Shown: in pieces, positions 45,149 to 52,450 of the stretch
Layout of the letters: every line of letters begins with the position of its first letter
How positions within the stretch are numbered: the first letter of the stretch is position 1
Virus record (IMG/VR): IMGVR_UViG_3300027528_000003
Span: 1-52,450 of that record
Length of the DNA: 52,450 bases
From: a virus
Lineage: Duplodnaviria > Caudoviricetes
Strand: one strand, 5' to 3'
Translations under genes and position numbers: made by a program
Notes under the pieces: generated by a model
The model's database searches: none
The model's input: only the letters and a program-made list of their open reading frames with translations
What the model was told of the DNA's origin: nothing

Positions 45149-46119
45149 GCGGTGGTCACCTGCGTGGTTGCGGCCGGGGAGTCGCTGGTGGTGGTGCCGT
45201 CGCCCAGGGCCACCACGCTCACGGTGTAGTCGGTGCCGGTGGTGGCGCCGGTGAAGGCGGCGTCGGTGCCGGTGACCACAGCCGTAGGACCGGCCGGTTG
45301 CGCGGTGGCGGTGTAGCCGGTGGCTCCGGCCACAGCGGTCCAGGTCACATCGAAATCGGTCGCGGTCGGGGTCCCGGACACAGCCAGCCCGGTAGGCGCG
45401 GGCAGCGGCACAGTGGCGCCGCCGCCGGGTACGTCCCCGGCGCCGCACACGGCGTCCGGCGGGGGCACGGTGGTGGCCCGGAACAGCAGGGGCACGTCGG
45501 GGCCGATGGCCACGGCCAGCGGCGCGGGGGCCCCGTCGGCGTCCATCACTACGTCGTAGGGGCCAACGCCCCAGCGGGCGTTGGTCTTGGTGCGGCCGTT
45601 GAGCGTGAAGGAGACGGCATCGTTGGTGACTTCGATGTCGCCCGGTGCCCCGCCCACGGTCCACGGGAGCAGGAAGTAGCCCCAGGCGCCCTGGGCGTCG
45701 GGGTTGTCGCACACGTCGGTGCCGAGCAGGTCCGACCACAGTTCCACCGCGTAGCCGGTGTCACAGGACAGGTTGGAGGCCATGCGGAACCCGACGGCGT
45801 TGCCGTCGGCGTCCAGCTCGGTGGTCCAGGTGGGATCCATCATCGTGTAGAGGTCGGGGTCGACCTCGCAGAAGTCGAACTCGACGTCGATCCACTTGAT
45901 CTGGTCGCAGGCCTTGTCGCTGATGCAGAGTTCACCGGAGGCGTTCTTGACGGTGATCTCGTCGCCGGTCTCTACGTTCATGGACATCTTCACGGTCACG
46001 AACCCGCTGGTGGTGACCTGGTTTCCGGCCCCGGTGACCGGGCGGCCGCAGGCGTCCAGGCGCGTGACGCGCATGCGACGGCCGCGTACCGGCTTGAGGC
46101 ACTGAGTGGTAGCAGCCAT
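45145..46119 (-). CDS. Major tail protein with C-terminal Fn3
   Basis: RMRVTRLDACG, GFVTV, FCEVDPD, GYFLLPW; LPAPTGL...YTVSVVA. Confidence 0.85.
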   Translation of the reverse strand: MAATTQCLKPVRGRRMRVTRLDACGRPVTGAGNQVTTSGFVTVKMSMNVETGDEITVKNASGELCISDKACDQIKWIDVEFDFCEVDPDLYTMMDPTWTTELDADGNAVGFRMASNLSCDTGYAVELWSDLLGTDVCDNPDAQGAWGYFLLPWTVGGAPGDIEVTNDAVSFTLNGRTKTNARWGVGPYDVVMDADGAPAPLAVAIGPDVPLLFRATTVPPPDAVCGAGDVPGGGATVPLPAPTGLAVSGTPTATDFDVTWTAVAGATGYTATAQPAGPTAVVTGTDAAFTGATTGTDYTVSVVALGDGTTTSDSPAATTQVTTA

Positions 46120-46122
46120 GGC

Positions 46123-47124
46123 TTACTCCGTGTACGTGTGGGTGGCGGTGCCGGACTGGTCGGTGATGGGGACCTGGACGGCGGGGGTGCCGTCGCCCCA
46201 GTCCAGGGTGGCGCTGGTGCAGTTGGCCGCTCCGGTGACAGTCGCGGTGTAGGGGCCCAGGCCCTGCCCGGCCACGCTGATGCGCATCACCGGCTCGGGC
46301 AGCGGCCACACGGTGTCGGGGCGCTCGGGCCAGGTGGCCTGCGCGGCCAGTACCGGGCAGTCGAACGAGACCAGATAGGGCCGCTCAGCGATCCAGTTGA
46401 CTTCGTTGGTGGTGCGGTCCATGCCTTCGCTGTCCCCGCCGTGGACCACTACATCGCCCCGGCGGATCACCACGGGGCCGGTGGCGTACAGCCACAGTTC
46501 GCCTTCCGTGGCCGGGGGCTGCCCGGCGGGGCCGTTGTAGTCGTAGCCGCCGCCGAACACGATCCGCGTGCCCAGGGGCGTCTTCCAGCCGGAGCCGTCG
46601 GGGATGAGGTCGTTCACGCCCACCGCAGCCAGGAACACTGCTGCCGCGCGCGGCGCGTGGATGATGCCCCGGGCGCCGGTGCTGGCGGCGAGCTGGGCTT
46701 CCAGAGCGGCGATCGCCGCGATGATGTCGCCACTGCCGTTGGCCGTGACGATCTGCGTGGGGTCGTAGTTGGCCAGCTGCGCCCAGGTGTGCCGCTCCAC
46801 CTGGCCCTGCTCCGACAGGCCCAGCCGCGACAGCGCCACGGACTGCCCGTCGGGGAAGCCGACCCGCTGGCAGCGGATGCCGTCATAGACCACGAACGGC
46901 TCAGCGGTGCCCCAGGCGTCGCAGCTGATCTGTTTTTCGGTGGCGCCCACAGGCGTCCAGCAGTACGGCCACTCGTCGCCGGGGGTGCAGCCCTGCTCAC
47001 GCCAGGTGTAGTTCTGGCCGCGCGGGGCGAAGCCGGAGTCCGTGATGATCGTGGCTCCGGAGAACAGCCCGTAGCCGTACGCGACGGCATCGGGCTGGGA
47101 AAGGATGTCGAGGCCAGCGACCAT
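46123..47124 (-). CDS. Second (pentamer-type) capsid protein with C-terminal PKD
   Basis: PFVVY..C, GIIHAP, TPLGTRIVFGGGY, YATGPV, AERPY. Confidence 0.65.
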   Translation of the reverse strand: MVAGLDILSQPDAVAYGYGLFSGATIITDSGFAPRGQNYTWREQGCTPGDEWPYCWTPVGATEKQISCDAWGTAEPFVVYDGIRCQRVGFPDGQSVALSRLGLSEQGQVERHTWAQLANYDPTQIVTANGSGDIIAAIAALEAQLAASTGARGIIHAPRAAAVFLAAVGVNDLIPDGSGWKTPLGTRIVFGGGYDYNGPAGQPPATEGELWLYATGPVVIRRGDVVVHGGDSEGMDRTTNEVNWIAERPYLVSFDCPVLAAQATWPERPDTVWPLPEPVMRISVAGQGLGPYTATVTGAANCTSATLDWGDGTPAVQVPITDQSGTATHTYTE

Positions 47125-47231
47125 CAGTCATCCGCTCCTATCGGTTGGCCCCAACCGGCCGCACCTACTGGCCCGCGCAGATCCTCGGGTTGCGTAGGGA
47201 TTCGGTGCGGCCGGTCGGGAATCTGGAGGGA

Positions 47232-48917
47232 TCACACGACCGGGCAGACGTACTCGACCGGCAGGGACGTGACGCCGTCGGCGCAGATGTCGATCGTGAC
47301 GAACAGGGCGTCGTGGCAGCGCTTGATCACGCACAGGGCCTCTTCGGTGAACAGGCCGGTGAACTTGTTCTGCGCCAGGAGCGTGGAGTCGTAGACGGCG
47401 TCCAGGCTGATCACGTCCTGCCGGGCCAGCACGAACGTCCCGGCCGGGTACAGCAGCACCGGCAGCGTGGTGGGCCACTCGGTGACCGGCGCGGTGGTGT
47501 CGATGTCGTGCCAGTCGTAGACGAACTGGGCGTTGATGCCGCGCAGCGCGAACCAGGCGTCGATCTGGGCGTCAGTGACACCGAGGTAGTCCACGCCGGT
47601 GCGCTTGGCCAGGTCCGCGCGGATGAAGCCGTACACCCAGGACGGGAAGATGGCCTCGACGGTGGCCCGCTTGGACATGCGGTTCTTGGTCCGCATCCCC
47701 AGCACCTGGAGCTCCAGGATGTCCAGGATCGAGCTGGTGCCGCCGGGCTGGTAGGGGGCCGGGGCCGTCCCGGCGAAGTCCACCGCTGTGGCGTCGGCTT
47801 CCAGCCTCGCCAGGATGCCTGCGTTCACGCGGTGCGCGTTGGCGACCTGAAGCTGCTCGATCCACCAGCGCACCAGCTCGGGCCAGGCGTGGTTGACCAG
47901 GATGTCGGTCTGGACGCAGAGCCCGATCGCGTCCAGACGGCACTCGCCGAAGTCCGGGCAGGGCAGCGAGATGCAGGGCTTGGGCGCGTTGGGGCCTTCG
48001 TCGGTCCAGGTCCAGGTGCCGTTGGCCAGCTCGGCGTACACGTCGGAGAAGTTCGGGGTCTGCGGGTAGCGCACCCCGCCCCGCGCCACCGTGATCGACG
48101 GCAGGTCGACCAGGCCCTCGGTGGTGGCCAGGGGGGCGCACAGGTCGTAGATCGTCTCCGAGGGGGAGCACCAGATACCGGCGGCCGTGAGCGACCCGCC
48201 GGACAGCCGCGACTCCGACGCGGCGAAGTCCACCAGCTGGCGGGTGTGCTGCTCGCTGCTGTTGGCGTCCAGCACCAGGCCCTGCGGCCGGGTGAGCTGG
48301 AAGGTGGCGATGGGCAGGGAGGTCTTGACGTTCGGGCCCAGCTTGAGCATGGAGCGCATGCGGCGTTCGGCGGCCTCGGACAGGACGTCCCAGTCCGGGA
48401 TCTCGGACCCGGCCGGTACCCGGGGCAGGTCCGCTGCGGCGAACATCTTCCAGGCTTTGCCGCTGGGTGTCGCGGCCATCTGCGCTGCGGTAGTGCGGCC
48501 GGTGGCCGGGAGACGCGGCTGCCCCGCTGCTGCGGTGACCAGTTCCGGGGCCACGGTCTCCACCGGCGCCCCTTCGGCGCTGTCGCCGCCGTCGGGGGCG
48601 GGTTCGGTGGGCTGCTGGGTGCCTGCGTTGACGATCCCGGCCAGTTCCGAGGCACGGGCGGCCTGTTCGGCGGCGTGGGCGTCCTGCTCGGCACGCATGC
48701 CGCGCACCTGCTCCAGAACCGAGACCACGCCCTCCATCTGCGCGAGTTCCTCGGGGGTCTGGGCTTCGCCCTCGTGGTAGACGCCGTTGAAGGCATCCAG
48801 GGCGGCGTCTTCCACGGCTCCCAGGTCGGGATTGCCGTCCAGGAACGCGGCGATCAGTGCGGGCTTGTCGGCTCCGTCGGCCGCCAGCGCGGCCAGCAGC
48901 TCAGTGAGCTGGTTCAT
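47232..48917 (-). CDS. Major capsid protein (hexamer-type, N-terminal scaffold-like region)
   Basis: SLTAAGIWCSPSETIYD, RGG, KPC, FVYDW, YPAGTF, FTEE. Confidence 0.88.
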   Translation of the reverse strand: MNQLTELLAALAADGADKPALIAAFLDGNPDLGAVEDAALDAFNGVYHEGEAQTPEELAQMEGVVSVLEQVRGMRAEQDAHAAEQAARASELAGIVNAGTQQPTEPAPDGGDSAEGAPVETVAPELVTAAAGQPRLPATGRTTAAQMAATPSGKAWKMFAAADLPRVPAGSEIPDWDVLSEAAERRMRSMLKLGPNVKTSLPIATFQLTRPQGLVLDANSSEQHTRQLVDFAASESRLSGGSLTAAGIWCSPSETIYDLCAPLATTEGLVDLPSITVARGGVRYPQTPNFSDVYAELANGTWTWTDEGPNAPKPCISLPCPDFGECRLDAIGLCVQTDILVNHAWPELVRWWIEQLQVANAHRVNAGILARLEADATAVDFAGTAPAPYQPGGTSSILDILELQVLGMRTKNRMSKRATVEAIFPSWVYGFIRADLAKRTGVDYLGVTDAQIDAWFALRGINAQFVYDWHDIDTTAPVTEWPTTLPVLLYPAGTFVLARQDVISLDAVYDSTLLAQNKFTGLFTEEALCVIKRCHDALFVTIDICADGVTSLPVEYVCPVV

Positions 48918-49024
48918 GGGTGTCTCCTGCTGGGAGGCGAATTGCGGTCAGGTGCACCACACATGGGTGCGCGGCCCAGTCGTCAGGGGCTCTCGCTGCC
49001 GCCTCGGCCCATAGCCAGCAGGCG
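48915..49024 (-). promoter_or_regulatory. Structured 5' leader of the major capsid gene
   Basis: 49015-49022 and 49000-49005 are complementary to 48926-48939, which includes part of the SD. Confidence 0.5.
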
Positions 49025-49133
49025 TATGCAGTTGTTTTACCTAGTGTTCCGGGGTGGCCGCCCCGCCAGGAGCAAGCGGGGATGGGGGGCGGCCGGTCCC
49101 CGGAAGGAACCTTGAGGACACTATGGCACGGGA

Positions 49134-49310
49134 TCAGGGAGTTTTGACCGGTGTGACCCACGCCGGGCTGTATGTGCCGCCCTTTGTCCGCGCGGCCACC
49201 CGCGCCTCCGCCGAGGTCAGGAAGTCCTGCACGGTGCCGTCGCGGAACGTCACCCGGTGGACCCGCTTACGCCCGGCCGCATCGGTACTCCTGTTGTTAC
49301 AGCCGCACAT
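49134..49310 (-). CDS. Small MCGC-type head-module protein
   Basis: MCGCN...; AAGGAG RBS. Confidence 0.65.
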   Translation of the reverse strand: MCGCNNRSTDAAGRKRVHRVTFRDGTVQDFLTSAEARVAARTKGGTYSPAWVTPVKTP

Positions 49311-49588
49311 CCCGGCTCCTTCATGTAGACGATCGACAGGTGGGGGTCGCGGCGGGCAGCGAGCACCGGACGCACTCCCCCGTGGATCACTTCGGTGTTG
49401 CCGGTGTGCGTCCAGGTGATCGTGGACACGCCGTCGGGAAGCTCTATCCCGTAGGCCACCGGCAGGAACGGGGCGCCCGGGTGGTTGCCGGGGCGCCAGT
49501 CGATGCGGAACACGCGCGGCCACTGCGGCTCGACACGCGCGGGCACATCGGGCAGGTCGAACAGCGGCTGGTCGATCTGCGCGGTCAT
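49250..49588 (-). CDS. Hypothetical protein
   Basis: PRVF...AYGIELPDG; ATGA overlap. Confidence 0.55.
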   Translation of the reverse strand: MTAQIDQPLFDLPDVPARVEPQWPRVFRIDWRPGNHPGAPFLPVAYGIELPDGVSTITWTHTGNTEVIHGGVRPVLAARRDPHLSIVYMKEPGCAAVTTGVPMRPGVSGSTG

Positions 49589-52450
49589 GACTTGTTGTCC
49601 GCGTGGGCACGGGCCTTCTTGGCCTCCCAGTCGGCCACCGCCGCACACCCCTTGGCGCGGGTCACCCCGGTCACCTTCTGCATGCCCGGGAAGTTCAGGC
49701 CGTCCGGCGACGCACACCACCGCTTGACGACATTGACCGCCGTAGCGATGGCCCGCGACCTGTCCATGCCCTTGGTGACCAGGTGATCGCTGACTTTCTT
49801 GATGACCGGCGGCAGGCCGCCCACGTCCTGGACCCAGTTGAATTCGGAGTCCAGCTCGTTGCCCCAGCCCTGGAGCACCGCCCAGCGGTAGAACTCCCCC
49901 GCGTGGGTGTCGTCGTCGCCGGCCGATGAGGCGCTGGCCTTCGCGGGGGTGCGGGGGGTGCGGGCGCGCGCGGCCAGCTGCGCCGCGCGGGCGATCCTCA
50001 GCGACTGCGCGAGGTCGTGGGCGCGGGTGGCCAGGGCGGCACTGCGGGCGGTGCGGCGGGTGGCGTCGGCGCGGGTCTGGGTCAGGTGGTCCATCTTCGC
50101 GGCCACCCGGTCCGACAGCTCATCCATCCAGGCGTCGTCGCTGTCGGGCATCAGCGCCCCGGCCGCCGTCAGCGAGAACACCTTGCCGTCGGTGATCCGC
50201 GCACGCGGCACCACGAACCCGGGAGTGTTGACCGCCAGCGCCGCCACCATCTCCAGGTTCCCGCCGATGGTGCGCCAGTCCCCCGACAGCGGGGCCCGGC
50301 GCAGCGTGGTGATCTGGCCTTCGGTGGCGGTGTCCAGGAGTGTTCCGGCGAACCAGATCCCGAACTGGTCCTCGCCGACGCGGACCACGGCTACGGCCTT
50401 GCCGGTGTTGGCGTAGTGGGAGGCCGTGTTGACGTAGTTCATTTCGTCTACGGCGTGGTCGGTGTCGGCGGTGAGCGTGCCGACGCTGATCTCCTTGCCC
50501 TCGGCGGTCATGTAGGAGCCGAGGTGGAAGTAGGAGTAGTCAGTACGGGAGTGGGGGACGGTGATGCACTGCCCGGACGGCGACCCGGTGTGGCAGGTGG
50601 GGGTGCCGTCGTGCTGGCGCCAGGTGGCCACGTGGCCGTAGACGCGGCGGTCTTCGGTGACGGTGACCGGGGTCTCGCCGCACAGCTGCGGGTTGGCGAA
50701 CGCCGACAGTGGAGCCCGGGTGGCCAGTGCCCCGGACGCCACCAGCTCCATCATGGAGTCGCCGCCGTCCCAGCCGGGGGCGTCGTCGTCCTGGGTCTGG
50801 TCGTCGTCGCTGTCGGTGTCGCCGTTGACCTTGTCCAGGGCGTCGGCGAGCTGCTCCAGGATGTCGGCGAGCTGCTCGGGCTTGATGCCGAGCCTGGCCG
50901 GGTCGCCGCCGGAGCTGAGGATCTTCTTCTGCTGGGCGGTGACCGCAGCGGGGATCAGCATCAGCTGCCCGCCCACCACATCCGCGACCGGCAGCGTCTT
51001 GCCGTCCTGGTCCAGGTAGGCCTCCCCGGCGGTCACCCCGGGGTTCGCGGTCAGGTAGTCGGCTACGTTCTTGGCGGCGGTGGCCTCGTTCCAGGCGGTG
51101 CCGGTGGGTGCCACGGGCAGGTCGTCGGCGTCGTTGTCGGGGACTTCGTCCGCCGGGCCTACCGCCGGGTTGAAGCCGGGGTTGCCCGACGGCGCCGAGG
51201 TCGCCGTGCCGAGGGCGGGCGGGGTGGACATGGCGGAGGCTCCTTCGGTTCGGGCGGTGATCTTCGCGCCGGAGGCGAATGCGGGCTGCGTGACCAGGGT
51301 CGCGCCGGTGATACGCCAGTCCTGGAACGACTCGTTGCCGTCGGGCTGGCCTTCCACGGCGGCGTCGTCGATGTCGAGACTGATCCAGCCCAGGAAGCCC
51401 TTGGCTACCTTGCGCGCGATGTTGAAGGCGCGGGGGTCTTCCAGGTCCCAGCGGCCGTGTCCCCACACGATGCCGTCGCGGATCTCCAGCCCGTCGATCA
51501 CGCCTACGGCTACGGCGCCGTCGTGGCCGGGGGCGGTCATGTCCTGGAACTCGATGGGCAGCGGCAGGTCGCGGTAGCGCAGCTGGCCGTCCGGTGGCGG
51601 CTCCAGGATGCGGCCGTCCGCCGAGGGCTTCCCCAAAGGCGCCAGCGGCCCTTCCCACTCCCCGGGCACGCTGGTGTCGGCGAAGTGCGCCGCAGCGGTG
51701 AGCGCGGTGTACAGCGGGTGCAGAGCGGCGGTGAGGGGGTTGGTGATGGGGGCGGAGGCTTTGCCCAGGGCCTTGTCGGCCTTGGCGTACAGCGTGGCGA
51801 TCTGCCGCTTGACGCTGGTGGTCTGGGCGGGGGTGAGGTTGGCCCGGCCCAGGCGTGCTGCCGCCTGGGCAATAGCCCGGAACACCAGGCGCGGGGAGCC
51901 GGTGGACACGTCCACCACGGGGAACTTGTAGGCGGCGGCGGTGGCCGGGTTGGCGCCCGGCAGCGGCCCCACCAGGTAGACCTGCTTCATTTTGGCGGGG
52001 TTGCCGTCAGCCCACTTGAGGGCTGCGGACTCCGCGGCTCCGCCGTCCCAGGCGGTGTCTCTGGGGGCCCAGGGGAGCGAGGTGTCGGCCATGCGAACAA
52101 CTCCTGACGCGGTGACGGGGGATACAGCCTTGACCGCCATGGAGCAGCGGCAGTTGATGGTGTTGCCGGGGCTGGCATAGGGGTCTCCGGGGAACCGCAG
52201 CGGTTCCCCGCCGACGACGAACGGCACGCCGATGCTGGTGGTCTGCCCGTCGGCCGCGCGGTGGGCGGGGCGGGTGCGGTCGTCGTGGGTGGCGAGCCAT
52301 TCCAGGCGGATCTTCCGGTCCGGGCGCTCGTTCTGCTGGTCCTGCGCGGATGCGTAGAGCCCGGCGGAGTAGGCGCCGTGCAGTTCGGTGACGGCGACCA
52401 TCTCGATCCAGGCCTGGGAGGTGGCCGGGTCGACGAGCTTCGCGATGGCC
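49585..52450 (-). CDS. 3' part of MuF-like/capsid maturation protease fusion
   Basis: WLATHDDRTRPAH...INCRC (MuF); SADGR, HDGA..VG, GATLVTQPAF (protease); GHVATW, SGDWR, VNTPGF. Confidence 0.85.
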   Translation of the reverse strand, partial: AIAKLVDPATSQAWIEMVAVTELHGAYSAGLYASAQDQQNERPDRKIRLEWLATHDDRTRPAHRAADGQTTSIGVPFVVGGEPLRFPGDPYASPGNTINCRCSMAVKAVSPVTASGVVRMADTSLPWAPRDTAWDGGAAESAALKWADGNPAKMKQVYLVGPLPGANPATAAAYKFPVVDVSTGSPRLVFRAIAQAAARLGRANLTPAQTTSVKRQIATLYAKADKALGKASAPITNPLTAALHPLYTALTAAAHFADTSVPGEWEGPLAPLGKPSADGRILEPPPDGQLRYRDLPLPIEFQDMTAPGHDGAVAVGVIDGLEIRDGIVWGHGRWDLEDPRAFNIARKVAKGFLGWISLDIDDAAVEGQPDGNESFQDWRITGATLVTQPAFASGAKITARTEGASAMSTPPALGTATSAPSGNPGFNPAVGPADEVPDNDADDLPVAPTGTAWNEATAAKNVADYLTANPGVTAGEAYLDQDGKTLPVADVVGGQLMLIPAAVTAQQKKILSSGGDPARLGIKPEQLADILEQLADALDKVNGDTDSDDDQTQDDDAPGWDGGDSMMELVASGALATRAPLSAFANPQLCGETPVTVTEDRRVYGHVATWRQHDGTPTCHTGSPSGQCITVPHSRTDYSYFHLGSYMTAEGKEISVGTLTADTDHAVDEMNYVNTASHYANTGKAVAVVRVGEDQFGIWFAGTLLDTATEGQITTLRRAPLSGDWRTIGGNLEMVAALAVNTPGFVVPRARITDGKVFSLTAAGALMPDSDDAWMDELSDRVAAKMDHLTQTRADATRRTARSAALATRAHDLAQSLRIARAAQLAARARTPRTPAKASASSAGDDDTHAGEFYRWAVLQGWGNELDSEFNWVQDVGGLPPVIKKVSDHLVTKGMDRSRAIATAVNVVKRWCASPDGLNFPGMQKVTGVTRAKGCAAVADWEAKKARAHADNKS
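52352..52450. repeat. Terminal direct repeat, copy 2
   Basis: Identical to 1-99. Confidence 0.95.

Noticed and set aside
45120-45200. Frameshift fusing the major tail to the Ig-like protein
   Set aside because: Simple ATGA coupling and no slippery site visible
52352-52450. 99-bp terminal repeat as a biological DTR
   Set aside because: It falls mid-gene and its length matches a common assembler k-mer overlap, so it is best read as circular assembly
1-52450. tRNA/rRNA genes, reverse transcriptase/DGR, transposases
   Set aside because: No cloverleaf or T-loop signatures, YxDD RT motif, template/variable repeat pair or DDE transposase recognised by eye

Overview
The window is an apparently complete, circularly assembled genome of a high-GC actinobacterial (Streptomyces-like) siphovirus. 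Bases 1-99 recur exactly at 52352-52450, giving a 52,351-bp circle, and one gene spans the junction. The minus-strand virion module runs: ParB-like protein, glycosyltransferase, TET/JBP-like dioxygenase, TerS, TerL, DUF1360, portal, MuF/protease fusion, two capsid proteins, major tail, Ig-like protein, adaptors, chaperones, tape measure and minor tail proteins. The non-structural part looks plasmid-like: an HTH initiator carrying five internal iterons, a possible antisense RNA in its leader, a small serine resolvase, RecT plus a Cas4-like exonuclease, and DUF932. I recognised no integrase, DNA polymerase, primase/helicase, DNA methyltransferase or endolysin. The most unusual items are: (i) an operon of a ParB-like protein, an RHH protein and four divergent tandem paralogues of unknown family; (ii) a membrane-plus-HTH gene carrying about 33 CGCGCA motifs; (iii) a methyltransferase-free TET/glycosyltransferase cassette; (iv) about 13 copies of an 18-bp operator-like motif; (v) a switch-like structured leader over the major capsid ribosome-binding site; and (vi) a LAXTG sortase-type surface protein. 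All calls come from motif reading by eye; no database searches or folding programs were run.
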